A stretch of 63,772 bases of DNA, the filler included, from Basidioascus undulatus (Eukaryota): NCBI GenBank assembly GCA_000826855.1. It is 9 parts of 9 records of this genome, joined end to end, with 100 filler letters (N's around TTAATTAATTAA, not from the genome) between each part and the next. Parts side by side here need not be neighbours in the genome. Positions count along the whole stretch, not along the records: positions 1 to 4,690 come from JTLS01002097.1; positions 4,791 to 9,475 come from JTLS01002098.1; positions 9,576 to 14,254 come from JTLS01002099.1; 6 more parts are not named here. One strand, written 5' to 3'. How positions within the stretch are numbered: position 1 is the first letter of the stretch; every line of letters begins with the position of its first letter. A program made the translations under genes and the position numbers. The notes beneath the pieces were generated by a model. That model did no database searches and was not told the origin of the DNA. It saw only the letters and a program-made list of their open reading frames with translations. Below, piece after piece: positions 1 to 12,453 of the stretch.

Positions 1-243
1 ATGAGTCCAAGAAGTTGGGCTTCGGCCAGGCACCTCGCGCCGAGTGCCCCAAGAAGGAGTGCGGCCACGGTGCGGAGTGGAAGGAAGAGATGGGGTGCGA
101 GACTGTGTGAGTGGTTCGACTGCATTCCACTCCCCTCTGAATCATGCAGAGCTGACCGAAATGTGCCTATTCACAGCTGCAAGCCGGGCCGCCAATCTGA
201 GATGAAGTGGGAGGGCGAGAAGGAGGTGCACCACTGCTATTGA
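1..243 (+). CDS. 3' end of an unidentified Cys-rich protein (5'-truncated at contig start)
   Basis: Manual splicing (GTGAGT ~107 to CACAG ~176) gives ...ESKKLGFGQAPRAECPKKECGHGAEWKEEMGCETVCKPGRQSEMKWEGEKEVHHCY*. Confidence 0.45.
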   Translation: MSPRSWASARHLAPSAPRRSAATVRSGRKRWGARLCEWFDCIPLPSESCRADRNVPIHSCKPGRQSEMKWEGEKEVHHCY

Positions 244-2951
244 TTCGCATCGCCCCCTCTTTTCCTTCTTCAGTACACGCATACTTCATCTTGAATAGAC
301 GTTTGCACTGCATTCCTGTACCATAGATGCTCTCCAAAGACCTGCGCGGCGACGCCTTTGCACTTTCTCCCTATGCCGTTCTCCCCGAGAACACTCGGCA
401 CTTGAGCAAGTCATGAAGCAGAATTTGGAAAGCAAGCTTTGAAAATACGCGTTTCAATAAGGGAACTCTCACTCAAGCCAGCGGGCCACCTTGCTTTCGT
501 TTCCGAGTGCCATCGCAGGGCCCCACCCCGCTGGATGCCACTTTAACGGCAACGGGGGCTCCCAAAGGAATGATGAGGTTCTCCCAGTGGTATTGCAAAA
601 GTTGAAAGGCATGGATTTCTTATAAAATGAGCTTGGTCCTTTCGATCAAGTCTCCAGCGTCATGACGGCTTGAAACGGCCTTGTTCCACACTTCGTTTCA
701 ACGCCGTTGGCTGACAGGTACGGAAACTATTGTGGTGGCCCCAAACCTCCCAAGTATCCCTTATAGAGGTACGCAAATAAAATCATACAGCTCCTCACTA
801 TGTCTGGCCGGCGCTCATCGCGGTGCAAACGAGTGATTCCTTCGGGTCAACGTTATTGCCACGATGCAGGCTAGCTTCGCTTTTCCGCCCACGCACTCAC
901 GCCAGACCGACACTTGACCAGAGAGACCTTGGAATATAGAACCAATATGTAGCTCCGAGCGATGCTTCATTTTGGAAGCAAAACGCCTTCAGGTCGCACG
1001 GCCAAAGGCAACGACCACTTCCGTGTTCACGTGCAGTCGGTCGACTCGCCCGTCCCCACCCGCCTTTCTTCCACCGACCACCACTTGCTCCTGCAGCAAG
1101 TCGGCGTCCTTTGATTATCCAATCATCCCCCCAGCGCTTATCATTCTCCACCTCTGCCGGTGCGACCGGTTCTTTCTTTCCTCCTCACCCCCCTGCGCTT
1201 CCTTTCTTTCGGGCGCCGGCGGGCGGCGGGCAGCACTTGCGGTCAGCGTGGGCGCAGGAGCATGGGGCGGAGTCGGTCTAGCCCGGACCCCGCCGTATAT
1301 AGGTCATCCGGGTGTCGGCCCCCTTCGTGAAGGATGGTCCCCCCAGTGCATCTCCTCCACAGGACGCGTCTGACCTTGCTGTGTGACATGTCGTCTCTCC
1401 TGTCTAAGAACCCGCGTACCCGCTTGACGGGTAATTGGCTTTCGAGGCCGGAGGTGATCCAGATGTAGCACCGTATACATTGCTTGACGGTATGAATGGG
1501 GGATGAGGGAGAAGAGGGGTGGATGGGCAGGGGAAGAGGGATGCGAGGTGTATCGTCGGTCGTCTGTGCTGGTTGAGCCCCGTCAGGCCAGAGCTCACCT
1601 TGGCCTGAGCTTCAGACATATTGAAATGGCTTCGAATTCGAAATGACCCCCCACCAAGTACCCGACATAATCTGTTGGGCGGAGGCTCGACTTGAGCTAG
1701 CGAACATGGCCCGTCCCAGTGCAAGCGCGCTGCAGACTGAAAGCGTACGCAGTGACCTTCCGCGTCACTAGATGACCTCATCCCGAAGACGGTGGCACGG
1801 TTACCCCGGCGGTTGGGCGCTGTCCGTACAGGAAGAGTGCTCGAAAAGCTCTGAAGCCCCTTTGGTAATGATCGCCTCAGATAAATGAAGTGAAAACGAC
1901 CGTTCCCGCCGATGTACGACCACTTCTAACGACGCAATGTTCCCAAACCAACAAACTGAACGTGGCTTGTCCTCACTTGGGAGCGCAGCTCAGCAAGGTT
2001 TAGATCCTTGTTTTGGGAACGATAGGGCTTTTTATCTCGTGTCTCGGCATCGTACTGACCAGGCCAAGCGCACCACGTCAACACAGTTGCAGCCGCCGCG
2101 CAGGCCGGCGTCGTTGCGAGATCAACCCTTATCGCTAAATTCGGTAGATGGTACAACTGGCCTCTGCAGCGTTGGCCAGCTTGCCTCGGAGCTTAAAGAG
2201 GAGCTCACTTAGTCCGCAAGCCATGAGGATGAAGGAAAATCATCCGTAGATGCACAAGTCGGAAACCCCCCTCCGAAACACTGGCCGCTATGCTTTCTGC
2301 TCAACAGCAGCTACAACCCGGTCTTGACGGTCGAAACGAGAAGCGAGTCGCGCGTGTTAAGATGCGGGAGCACCTTCGCGTATTTCGCCTCTTGCTCCGC
2401 TGGGAGCGCGGCGGGAGGCGAACGGCGCGGAGGTGCTCGATAAGGGATGAGCTGGCGGCACGTTGGACGCGATCAAAGCCATGGCCGAGGTTGGAAGAAA
2501 ACAAAGATTGATCAATCGGGAATGTTAGTGAGAGAGAGAGACAATGCAAGCCTCCGACTGGGAGACCACGGATGCTGTATTATGCAGGAAGAGGGGTCGG
2601 GCGTCGCGGGCGGTGGCGCTGACGAAGAGGCAAAATGCAAAATTCAGTTTTCAGGCCTGCCATCCTTTGTTTCGCTCTACTATACGGACGCATCGTAACG
2701 TCTGCATGTCAAAACTTCCATATTGGAATGAATCGAGCGACTCATCACAGCGGCCGGAACATCAAGTAAAAGCATCGCCAGTTACAGCCAACCGCGACAG
2801 AACCGCGACCGAGCGACGGACCGACGGGCACTGCATATCTCAAACTTCAGTCTACTCAATTCACCCAGACCCGACACACGCACGCGACGCGTATAGTAAT
2901 CAATGTATCCGCCCGAAAAGCAAGCAAGCGCTCTCTCAGCGCTCCTAGTCC

Positions 2952-4690
2952 TCACTTCTTCCTCCTCACCTCATGCAGCTCAACCACGATATTAGTGCTC
3001 ATGATCGCGATGCTGTTCCCGACGCCTTCAAGTCAGCACCAGCCCCAACTACTTTCGTCCAACGAAGCGGGGTAAGGGGAAAAGAGAAGGGAAGACGCGA
3101 GACGCACTAGATGCACACCAACGCGGCGCCCCATTTCCGGCCGAGGTAGAAGCGGTTGTAGGGCACGACGACGAGCGTCGCGACGAGGACGAGGAGGAGC
3201 CCTGCGCCCGAGACGAGGAGCGTCGGGCTAAAGTCGATTACGTACGGCTCGCCGGTCACGGTGACGAGGTAGAGGGAGGAGATGCCGCTGGAGGATGAAC
3301 GCCGGGTGAGCGGGATGTTATGAGGAAGCACGTGAATGGAAGGGGAAGACGCACACTGCAGGTGGGAAACCGGGAACGGGTCAGTCATTGCCGGAGAGGG
3401 GATGGGGAAGGCAGAGAAGCGGAACGCACGAGCCAGCAAGATACTAAGCATCGGACCCCCAAAGCAGGCGCTGAATCCCTGTTCTCGCCCCAACCCCACC
3501 CTGATCAGCTTCATCTCTGCTCTCCCCTCGCCCCCCCGCTATTCTCCAAAGAGCGACGCACCATGTGCGGGAACCCCGCCGCCGCGACAGTGAGGTTCGC
3601 GACCCAGTCGGCGAGACTATTCCCGATCGCAAAGATCGTCAGGCCGATGAGGGCGTCCGTGAGGCCGAACATGAGTCCGAGGGCCTGTTTCCACCACACC
3701 GTCCCACACCCAAATCAGCTTCTTCTCCCGCATGAACCGCACCAAGCAAAATGAAAGAGAAAGAAGGAACAGGAGAGAAGGAGAAGGGAGTGGGGAAGCG
3801 GCAGGAGGGAAGACAAGGAGGGGGAAGTGGATGAGCGCACCTGCAACACCAGCACGACCTCGTCCGCAATGAGCATGATCCACACCATGCTGACCGTGAA
3901 CCCGCCGAAGCAGCGCGCAAGCCTTGCGACGGGGTTCCGCCCGTCCGATCCGCGCGCGAGGATGAGCGCGGCGAGCGCGAGGCCGGCGCCGCAGAAGAGC
4001 GCGAGGACGAGGTTGCGGTAGGGCGTTTGGGCTGCCGCCGCGTCAAGTCATGTCAATTTGGGGGGGGAGGGGGAGGAAAGATGGGAGGGGGAGAGAGAGG
4101 GGGAGAGGGGAGAAGACGTACAGAAAAGCGCGAACCCGATCAGTAGCGACCCAAAGAGCGCCTGCGCGGCGGAGAGGTACTTGTTCCACCCAAGACTAGC
4201 AGCCAGTTCCTCCTCTTCCTCCTGCTCCTCCTCCCTCACTGCCTCCTCCTGCCCATCCGCCTCCTCCTCCCGCTCATCCGGGGGCGTAAGCGCCGACAGC
4301 CTCCGGGGCAAACCGTCCCTCACGAGCCTATGCAGCTCTGCGCTGGGCCTTGCGTCAATCGGCTCATCCTCGTCCTCGTCCTCCTCTTCCCGCTCCTCGT
4401 CATTATCCTCCTCCTGGAGCGCGATCTTCCCTTCTCCCCACGCGCCCGCAGCAGCTTCCTCGTCCGTCTCGTCATCCACGACCGGCAGGGTAAGCGTGAG
4501 CGCGAGGACAGCGGGCGCAGCGAAGACCGCGAGCACGCGGCCGACGAGGGACTTGTGGCGGAAGTCTTGCAAAGTGGGAAAGAGGATGTGCCATGCCATC
4601 TTCAAGGCGCTACGCCAGCGGGAGGAGGAAGATGAAGGTGGGGCAGGCGAGCGGGGAGGGGGAGCGCGCCGGGTAGGCGAACGAGGAGGT
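2952..4690 (-). CDS. Cation/Ca2+ exchanger (CCX/Na-Ca exchanger, Ecm27-like), C-terminal half, multi-exon, 5' end missing
   Basis: Alpha-2 repeat GLTIFAIGNSLADWVAN...FSACFGGPML, plus LFPTLQDFRHKS..APAVLALTLTLPVV, several TM segments and last exon ...MSTNIVVELHEVRRKK*. Confidence 0.85.
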
Positions 4691-4790
4691 NNNNNNNNNN
4701 NNNNNNNNNNNNNNNNNNNNNNNNNNNNNNNNNNTTAATTAATTAANNNNNNNNNNNNNNNNNNNNNNNNNNNNNNNNNNNNNNNNNNNN
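4691..4790. other. Artificial contig linker N44-TTAATTAATTAA-N44 (also at 9476-9575, 14255-14354, 39960-40059, 44739-44838, 49511-49610, 54273-54372, 59026-59125)
   Basis: Eight identical 100-bp spacers with stop codons in all six frames. Confidence 0.99.
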
Positions 4791-4831
4791 CCTCATCCCC
4801 CTCTTCGCCCGCCGGACCGCATGCCCGTCTC

Positions 4832-6424
4832 TCATTGCTTTTCCTTCTTTGCCCCCTCCACCTCGACGCCCACCTTCTCCTGCTCATCAAACGCCCGGAC
4901 ATCCCCGACGGTCTTCCCAGCGATATTCGCGCCTCCGCGGAGCAGCTGGGGGATGACGAGTCCGCGTTTCAGGGTGTACTCGACCTGCGCAACCCAGTGG
5001 ATCAGCTGCGGTCACGAAAGCGGGATCTGCGGGAGGCTGAGAAAAAAGCATGAAACAAGACGTACGATAGCCGGAATCTCCCGCGCCGTCAACCGCCCGT
5101 ACCATACCGACGCTCCACTGGGGAAATTGATCTGCACGCCTTTTCACAACTCAAATCTCTACTTCGGCGGCCACGAAAACAAGGAGACGCACAATAACAT
5201 TCCCCGCATACCGGTGCCCGCCAATATGGCTGATCTTGAAGATGCCGACCGTGCGCGACCCGCCAGCCCCGGCGGCCGCCGCTTGAAGACGCGTGCGGAG
5301 CTCGGAGGAGGGATCGGATGGGGATGAGGTGGAGGTGAGAGCGGACAGCGCGGGGTGCTCGTCCGCGATGTGGTCCCCCCGCGTGTCGACTTCCCAGCCG
5401 GAGGCTTCGATGCAGCGGGTGAGCTCTGACAGGGAGAGGGGGTGGGGGTGAGAAAGGAAGGAACGAAAAAAAGGGAAAGGTTGAAGAAGGTACCTCGCTC
5501 GAGGATGGGCGCTGCGATATGGCAGCGCTTGTCGCGGCGCTTGTGGGAGCCTGATGAGAAGTGGTACAGTCAATGTGGGAGCAGCATGATCGAGCTCAGA
5601 AGAGCTAGTAGTGAGAAAGGGGAAAGCACGCACAGAGGAGGATGGTCGCAAAGTAGGGGAGGGGGACAGCCCGGAGCGGTATGGACGGAGCTGCCGAGGG
5701 AGAGGGGACAACGACGCGCGGGTCGAGATAAGTCTTGTAAAGCTCCTCCGCGCCGGCTAAGGAGACAGGCACGTCTTCAACCAGCAAATAATCTCCGTCC
5801 GTCCTCACGAATCAGCCAACCACCGGTCCTCGCCATCTGCCGAAGGAAGCGAGGGACGAACCAGGGAACACGAGCACGGCCTCGCGCTCGCGCTCATGCG
5901 AGCCGGTCAAGTTGCTCCCGTTCAAAATCGTCAACTTCGCCCCGCCATTTTCGCGCGTGGAGAAGACGCCGTCGACCTGCGGGGACGCGCCCTTGGTCGA
6001 CGGCGCGAGCGCGTCGGCGGCCTTGCTGAGGAGGCCCGCGAGCGTGGAGGACTCGGCTGTCACTTCCCTGGGCCAGTCGGCCTTGCCTGTGGAGATCACC
6101 ACCTGCGCGAAAGAAATCCGCCTGCATAAGAAGAGACGGGGAAGCAAATACATGGAGGGTAGTAAAGATGGGACATGGACGCACCTGGCGCGCATAAGGC
6201 TTCAGCGACCCGAGCATCTCGCTCTCCATGTCCACATCGAACCCCTTCCCATAGTCCTCAAAGTCCGGCGCGTCCTCGCCCTCCGCGCACGGGTGCGGAC
6301 ACACGTGGCAGTCCTCGAGCGTGAGCGGGACGTCGAGCGCGGAGAGCTTGACCGTCGGGTCCGCCGGCGTGCTCGAGCCGGAGAGGGAGAGCGCGGAGAG
6401 ACCGCGCTTGAGGAGGGAGGTCAT
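4832..6424 (-). CDS. APD1: Sucrase/ferredoxin-like (Apd1/Aim32 family) 2Fe-2S thioredoxin-like ferredoxin, multi-exon
   Basis: VVISTGKADWPREV; spliced ILLC|SHKRRDKRC (C-X8-C) and KISHIGGHRYAGNVI (HxGGH) form the 2Cys-2His ligand motif. Confidence 0.85.
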
Positions 6425-6763
6425 TGTGGGGTTGTGGAGGGTCGATGGGATGGAAAAATGGAGGAAGAGGTGGTGGTGGTTGAAGACCAGGAGGGGAAGA
6501 CGCAATCGTCAGGAAGACGGCGGAAGGGGACGGCATTCGTGCCGAACTTCTCGGCCGAAGTTATCGATCATCTTATCGCTGGTTGGGCCGGAGAGGGAAG
6601 GAGGGCGAAAACGTCCTTTTCTCACAACGCTTCAGGGAATCAGGTATTTGTTCCAATCCATTCACAGCGAGCATTGTTGGATTTTGGTCTAATCTGGTTA
6701 ATCTGACTGGTCCAATGCAGGAAAGCAACATGTGCACTCCGTCTTCAAGTTAGACCCCTCTCC

Positions 6764-7398
6764 TCACCTGCCACCCACGAACTTCGTATGACTCCCCTCC
6801 GCAACAGACTTATCCCCGACCCGCACCTCCACCCCAATAAAAGCGAGAGTCTTCCCGATCTTCCGCGCTTTCCCCTCAACCAGCAGCTCGTCGCCCTCCT
6901 CCGCCGCGCTGAGGTAGCTGACGTGCAGGTCCGTCGACACGCCCGTGTACGTCGCGCCCGTCGCGGCGATCACAAGCGTGCCGAGCGCGTCAGTCAGCGC
7001 GGCAGAGACGACGCCGTGGAGGATCCCTGCGTAGCACGGGGAAGTCAACGAGGAGAAGAGATGGAAGACAGGGAAGAGAAGGAGGGAGGGACCTTTGGAG
7101 TTGATGTGAGGGGCGGAGATGGGGAGGGAGAGGAGAATTCGGCCGGGGGAGGCATGGATAATTTTGGCCTGAACAATCAGAACAAATTTCAGTAACCATT
7201 TCCGGAAAAAGGTGATAGGATGGTTATGCACCTCGGAGAGGATGAACTTGTAGATAGGCGAGTTGTCGAGGGTTCTATTCCAGACCTAGCGCAGTAAAAT
7301 GAGCGTCACACACTGTGGTTTCGAACCGACTCAAATATAACCGGGCGTACCGACCGTACATGCGCCAGCGTGTCGGCAGAGGCGGTAGGGGTCGACAT
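6764..7398 (-). CDS. HotDog-fold acyl-CoA thioesterase (PaaI/ACOT13-like), multi-exon
   Basis: HINSKGILHGVVSAALTD...GVSTDLHVSYLSAA..GDELLVEGKARKIGKTLAF..AEGSHTKFV. Confidence 0.85.
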
Positions 7399-8260
7399 GG
7401 CGGTGGGAGGGCAACCTCGAAGGGTTGGGGAAGCTCGCCTTGAAAGCGGATGTGGCGTCATTTTGGAAGACGCTGCTGCTGCCAGTGCGTGTAGGCAAGG
7501 AGAAGACTGGGGTTTGCTTCGATTCGAAGGGACTTTAAACAACAACAAAATTAGCCATGCTTTATTCTGCCTAGTGCTCGGGGATGGCGAGTGCGAAGTC
7601 CCCGTCAGGATGCCATTACAGATCAGCTGTTCTTACAACCAGCGCGCATGGAACCAAAGTCCTTGAAGCACCGAAACCATTTTTGTAGAGGATAACTACA
7701 ACAACGTAGACCGACCATGCTCTCATTCACTTTCGCGACTGTAGGCCCTTGGTGTGTTGAATTTCTCATATTCATCCCTTGTCTACGCTGCTTTTGGAAT
7801 TCTTTGAGAGAAATGCAGTGGTGCATTTGGGTGCATTGATCTTTGCACCGGCCACTTTCGCGGGCTTGTACTACTATTATGAATACACTTCGGCCGCTGC
7901 ATCGCTCTCGGCAGCTCGCTTGGCCCGTCTAGTCATCCTGCCTGCCGTTCACGATCATCCCGCCCTCACGCCTCTCCTTCAACGATAAGCCCTAGGTGAG
8001 TCTTTGCGCTGAACATCTGCAGTATGGTCCACATATTTTCTGTTTGCGCGAGGCTGGACGCTGCATTATCGTGTGTTCCTGCTACGGGCGTAGGGGCCAC
8101 AGGCTCGCGTGATGCCCAGCGAGGCGGCGATGGCGATTCTCGTCCTTTTCCACACAGCCATCTCGAGCGGAAACAAGCGCTCACACGACCCTCTGTTTTA
8201 CTTTTTTTTTGGGCAGCCTCACCGCCGTCGTACCGCTCACCCTCTCTCGATCGACCCCAA

Positions 8261-9475
8261 ATGGCCCGCGGGTCGTACGCCCCTCTGCCCTCCGCATCCG
8301 CCGCCGCCTCCTCCCGCCCATCTCTCTCCTTCTCCCGCCGCTCGTCTCAGCCGCTACCCTCATCCCAAGAGCGCGAGGAGGAGCTGGACGCCGCGTTCGG
8401 CGACTCCGACTCGGAGGACGAGTCGGCGCCCCTAGCTCGCCGCGGCGGCGGCAGAAGCGGCAACGACACCCGGATCCTCTTCGATGCCGACGACGACGAC
8501 GACGAGCCCGGACATTCCGACCCTCTCCGCTCGCGACGGTCCAACGCACCCTCCCCGTCTTCCACTGCACCTCCTCCCCCCGTTCCGGGCGCGTACGACT
8601 TCGAGCGCGACTACGCCTCCTTCCCACCCGCCGGCTCGCCCCCGCTCGCCCCCTCCACGTCTTTCACACGCACCAACGCGCCCGCATCCGCGTACGCGCG
8701 CCCAGGCGCACCGAGCGGGGAGATTCTGCCGCATCCGGTGGTGGGTGGAGGAGTGGGGAACGATGGCGTGTTTGCGAATCTGAGCGCCAAGCCGGTTGGG
8801 TCCCGGCTAGTCGCCAAGAGGGGTGAGAACGGGGTTGAATATGTGCGGGAGGATAGCAACGATAAGGAGGAGGCGCCACCGGTGAGTCCTGATCTGCTGG
8901 TATCTGGTGGTGGTGTTGCTGAGATGGTATCTAATCGGCCGGGATCAGTCGTACAATGTCGCCGCGCTCGACGCCACCCCGCCGTATTGGGATACGACGG
9001 TCATCGCGCCCTCGTCCGGCCTCGACGGCGATGATCTCGTTGTCGAAGGCTTGCCCGTCGGCACTTTCTTCAGTTTCGCATGGAACCTGCTCGTCTCCTT
9101 CAGCTTCCAGTTTGTCGGTGAGTGTTGCTGGCGGTCTTTCTTTGCTGGGGTCATCTGGCCGCGGAGGGTCGGAGCTAATCGAGCCGGCGTTCATGGGATC
9201 AGGTTTCCTCCTCACTTACCTCCTGCATACCACCCACGCCGCCAAAAACGGCGCCCGTGCTGGCCTCGGGATCACTCTCATTCAATATGGGTGCGTGTCC
9301 TTGCCCACCTACTTTTTCGCCTACCCTCCGCTGATTCTTCGCTTTCCTGGCCACGATCAGCTTCTACCTCCGGACACGAACGGCCGACCTAATCGCCAAC
9401 CCGCCAGACCCGTCCGACCAGAATGGCAACCCCTTCTGGGGCGGGGGCGACAGCGGCAACAACCCGTGGGGCGTC
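8261..9475 (+). CDS. BSD2: Metal homeostasis protein Bsd2 / NDFIP-type Rsp5 adaptor, 3'-truncated
   Basis: NDGVFANLSAKP; PPSY motif formed across intron 8882-8948; DATPPYWDTT; SFAWNLLVSFSFQFVGFLLTYLLHTTHAAKNGARAGLGITLIQYG. Confidence 0.9.
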
Positions 9476-9575
9476 NNNNNNNNNNNNNNNNNNNNNNNNN
9501 NNNNNNNNNNNNNNNNNNNTTAATTAATTAANNNNNNNNNNNNNNNNNNNNNNNNNNNNNNNNNNNNNNNNNNNN

Positions 9576-10904
9576 GGTGGGAGGAGGCGGTGCTTAGGGC
9601 GCGGGAGGTGCGGGAGGGAGGAGGGGTCGAGTGCAGTGCGGAGGGCGCGGGCGCGTGGATGGGCAGCTGCGGAGACGGCCGGATGTGAGCCCCGCGTCGG
9701 GGTGTTGGAAGGCCAACCGGGAAGAAACTCACCAAGATCGACGGCGGTGGCTCTTCCTCCGCGTTCCCATCCAGCTCATCCACAAGCGTATGCACGTCCC
9801 TCAAGCGGACCTTGGCCGCATCCGCATCTCCCCTACGCACAGCGTGCAAGCTGCCGAGCATGAGCAGCTGCAGGAGCGCATGCTTCTCCGCGACGTCCAG
9901 CGGGCGACTGACGCTCGGGACGGGCGCGCCCTTGGGCAGGTCCACCTCCATCCCATCCTTCCTCGGCTCGGGCGTCGGCACGTAGTCGAGCCGCCGTTCG
10001 AGCTCCTCCAGCGTCCGGTGCGCGTCTTCCCACTCGCCCGAGACGCACAGCACCCGCGCGGCCTCGAGCGCCGCGATCTGCCCCACCCGCACGTCGCCTC
10101 GCTTCGTTGCGAGCGCGTCGAGCTCGCGCAGCGGGGAGAGCGCGGCCGGGCCGGGCGGACAGAGCGCGGATTGCAGGAAGAGAAAGTGGTACGTCCAGTC
10201 AGGGCGGTTTTTGCTGCAGGGGCCAAGTCAGCTTTCGTAGAAGTGGGAACTCTTCAGAGCATCGGCTCACCGCTTCGTCTCGTCGAGAGCGCGCTTGAGC
10301 ATCGAGCGGGTGAACTTGGCTTTGCCCTGCTCGTGGTAGAGTTTGATGTGCAGCGTGTAGAGGCGGTAGAGGTAGGGCTGCAGGTTGTCGTGCTGTGTTT
10401 GCCAATCACTGTTAGTGTATGCCAGGGATGCCCATGCCCACAACGGCGAACCTTCTGCGCAATGACGATCTGTCCCAGATCCTTGCATGAGCGGAAGCCT
10501 CCATAACGGATGATCAAGCAGTAACGTACCCCATCCGAGATGACCTTCTCCGCCTCCGAGCTTCCTTTCGTCCAGCGAACGAGCACCTCCGCCAGCCGGA
10601 CCCTGCACTCGCACTGCTCCCGCTCCGTCAAGCCTTTGACGCCCAGCGCCGCGCGGTGCGCCAACACAGACGCATACACGAGCTGCTGGTACCTCGGCGC
10701 GCTGTCCGGCCCGCGCGGAAGGTCGCGGGCCGCGGTGAGGTACGTCGACCCCAGGGTGAGGAGGAGGAGGTGCTGGGGGACCGAGGAGAGCGGGAAGCTG
10801 CCGCTGGGCGGGGAGGTTGGGTGCGGGGACGGCGTCGGTGTGGGGAGTGGGAGCGGATGCTGCTGCGCTGGGATGCGCGATGGTCCGGGCTGGGGATGGT
10901 CCAT
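9576..10904 (-). CDS. Cohesin loader subunit Scc4/MAU2-like (TPR), 3'-truncated
   Basis: LLLTLGSTYLTAAR..YQQLVYASV..LTEREQCECRVRLAEVLVRWT..EAEKVISDGIVIA resembles the N-terminus of fungal cohesin-loading factor, followed by helical repeats. Confidence 0.65.
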
Positions 10905-11245
10905 CGCGGTAGTGGTGGTGTTGTTCAGGTTGACGCTGGTGGTGGTGGTGAGTGTCGAAGGAGCGCAGAAGGTGAGCGAGCGAGGAAGGCTCAGGCACCG
11001 TACGGGCGACGGAGCCGGCTCCAGAATCGCCAACGCGCGTCGCGTCCAAGCGCGCGAGGTGTTTCATTAGCACGCAGTGTCTGAGTATGCCGTGTCGTTT
11101 GCCAGCGTCAAAGTATCCGATAATTGCCAAGCAGAGGTTCGATTCCTCTTGGGCTTAGCGCTGACTGACGGCTGTGTCTGGCCTAAGTCGAGGACTTGCT
11201 AGGTGTGTTGTCTCACGACACCAAGTTACGCCGAACTCCGAGTGC

Positions 11246-11277
11246 GTAGCAGTAGCAGTAGCAGTAGCAGTAGCAGT
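11246..11277. repeat. (GTAGCA)5 microsatellite
   Basis: gtagcagtagcagtagcagtagcagtagcagt. Confidence 0.9.
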
Positions 11278-11624
11278 GCGTGAACAAGATCAATAAAGAG
11301 AAGGGAGTAGACGTATGCATACAAAGTTCTCCCGGTTATTCAACGTGGTGTCCAGCGGTAAATTCCAAGCTCACAGTCCTGCAAGGCATACGAAACCGCC
11401 AAATTGAGCCCTCCCCTTCCGTTCTGAAGCTGTCTCCCGTTCACTTTTTCAACCCCATCAGCCGATTAATATGAGAGGGTCTTGGTAAAAAAAAAACTCG
11501 CACACTTAACATTAAGGTTGTTTAGAACGAGACGAGGAACAGTGGTATGTGGCACTTGGTCCTGCTGCCAGCGCCACCCCACTGCTGCATGCGCCCGTGC
11601 GACTCCTCGTCATCTGCCCTTTTA

Positions 11625-11693
11625 AAGTTCTGTCAATATCATTAGGTGTCTCTAAGTTCTGTCAATGTCATTAGGTGTTTCTAATGTCATCAT
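11625..11693. repeat. 29-bp tandem duplication (2 copies plus a partial third)
   Basis: aagttctgtcaatatcattaggtgtctct / aagttctgtcaatgtcattaggtgtttct / aatgtcatcat. Confidence 0.85.
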
Positions 11694-12453
11694 AGCCTTC
11701 AAAAACCCTAGGCGTAGGGAGTAGTGCGCATGATGTGATTATGGAACGCGAAGCTATCCTCGAACACGAACTTCGGCGACAGTGTGGCAGCGTCGGCTTC
11801 GGGACCTCCCATCAGGCTGCTACCTCTGGAAACCTATCCGACTGACTACATATTTTGATCTGGTATTTTACTTCCTCAGACCAAAAAGTACGCAGCTGGC
11901 AACAACTGGGCTTAGCGAAGAGACAGTGCAATCCGCGGTTGACCGGGACTTCCCGCGGCTGGCCTGTAACCTTCGCTTCTATTTCGACGCTTCGAAGTTG
12001 GTCGGCAACCCAAACAAGTCCCAAGTGCGAAACCGACTAGCCTGCGCTTCCACCTGGACTCCTTCCATCTCCCTTTCTTCCCCCCGCCCAATCCACCTCT
12101 CCCCCATACGCCATGATCTCCCTCGTCCACCCCAGCACCGTCCGTCTGCTCGTTCAATAACACACGCCCGCCCGCTCCGGGTCTCTCTGAGTCGGCCTCG
12201 GGCCGAACTCGCTGGAGCACACGCCCTAGCAGTCGGTCTGTCCTCGTCGCTTCCTCCTCCAGTAATCCTAGGCGCCCGCCCCCGCCGCTCCCCTCATCCA
12301 AACCGATCCCGCCCCGCGCGACGTCGCTCCCCCCTACACCCAACACCGGCCGCATCTCCAGCTAGACCCCTTCTTGGACCCCATCTTGATCTGCCGGACC
12401 CGCCCCTCCGACCCGCCTCCCAGCCTTTGCGGATTTACACGAACGACCCCATC

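Noticed and set aside
900..2300. Possible decayed gene on the minus strand
   Set aside because: Intron-like signals are present, but I could not establish a consistent frame or any recognisable motif.
11625..11693. 29-bp repeat as a CRISPR-like array
   Set aside because: The copies abut with no spacers and the context is eukaryotic.
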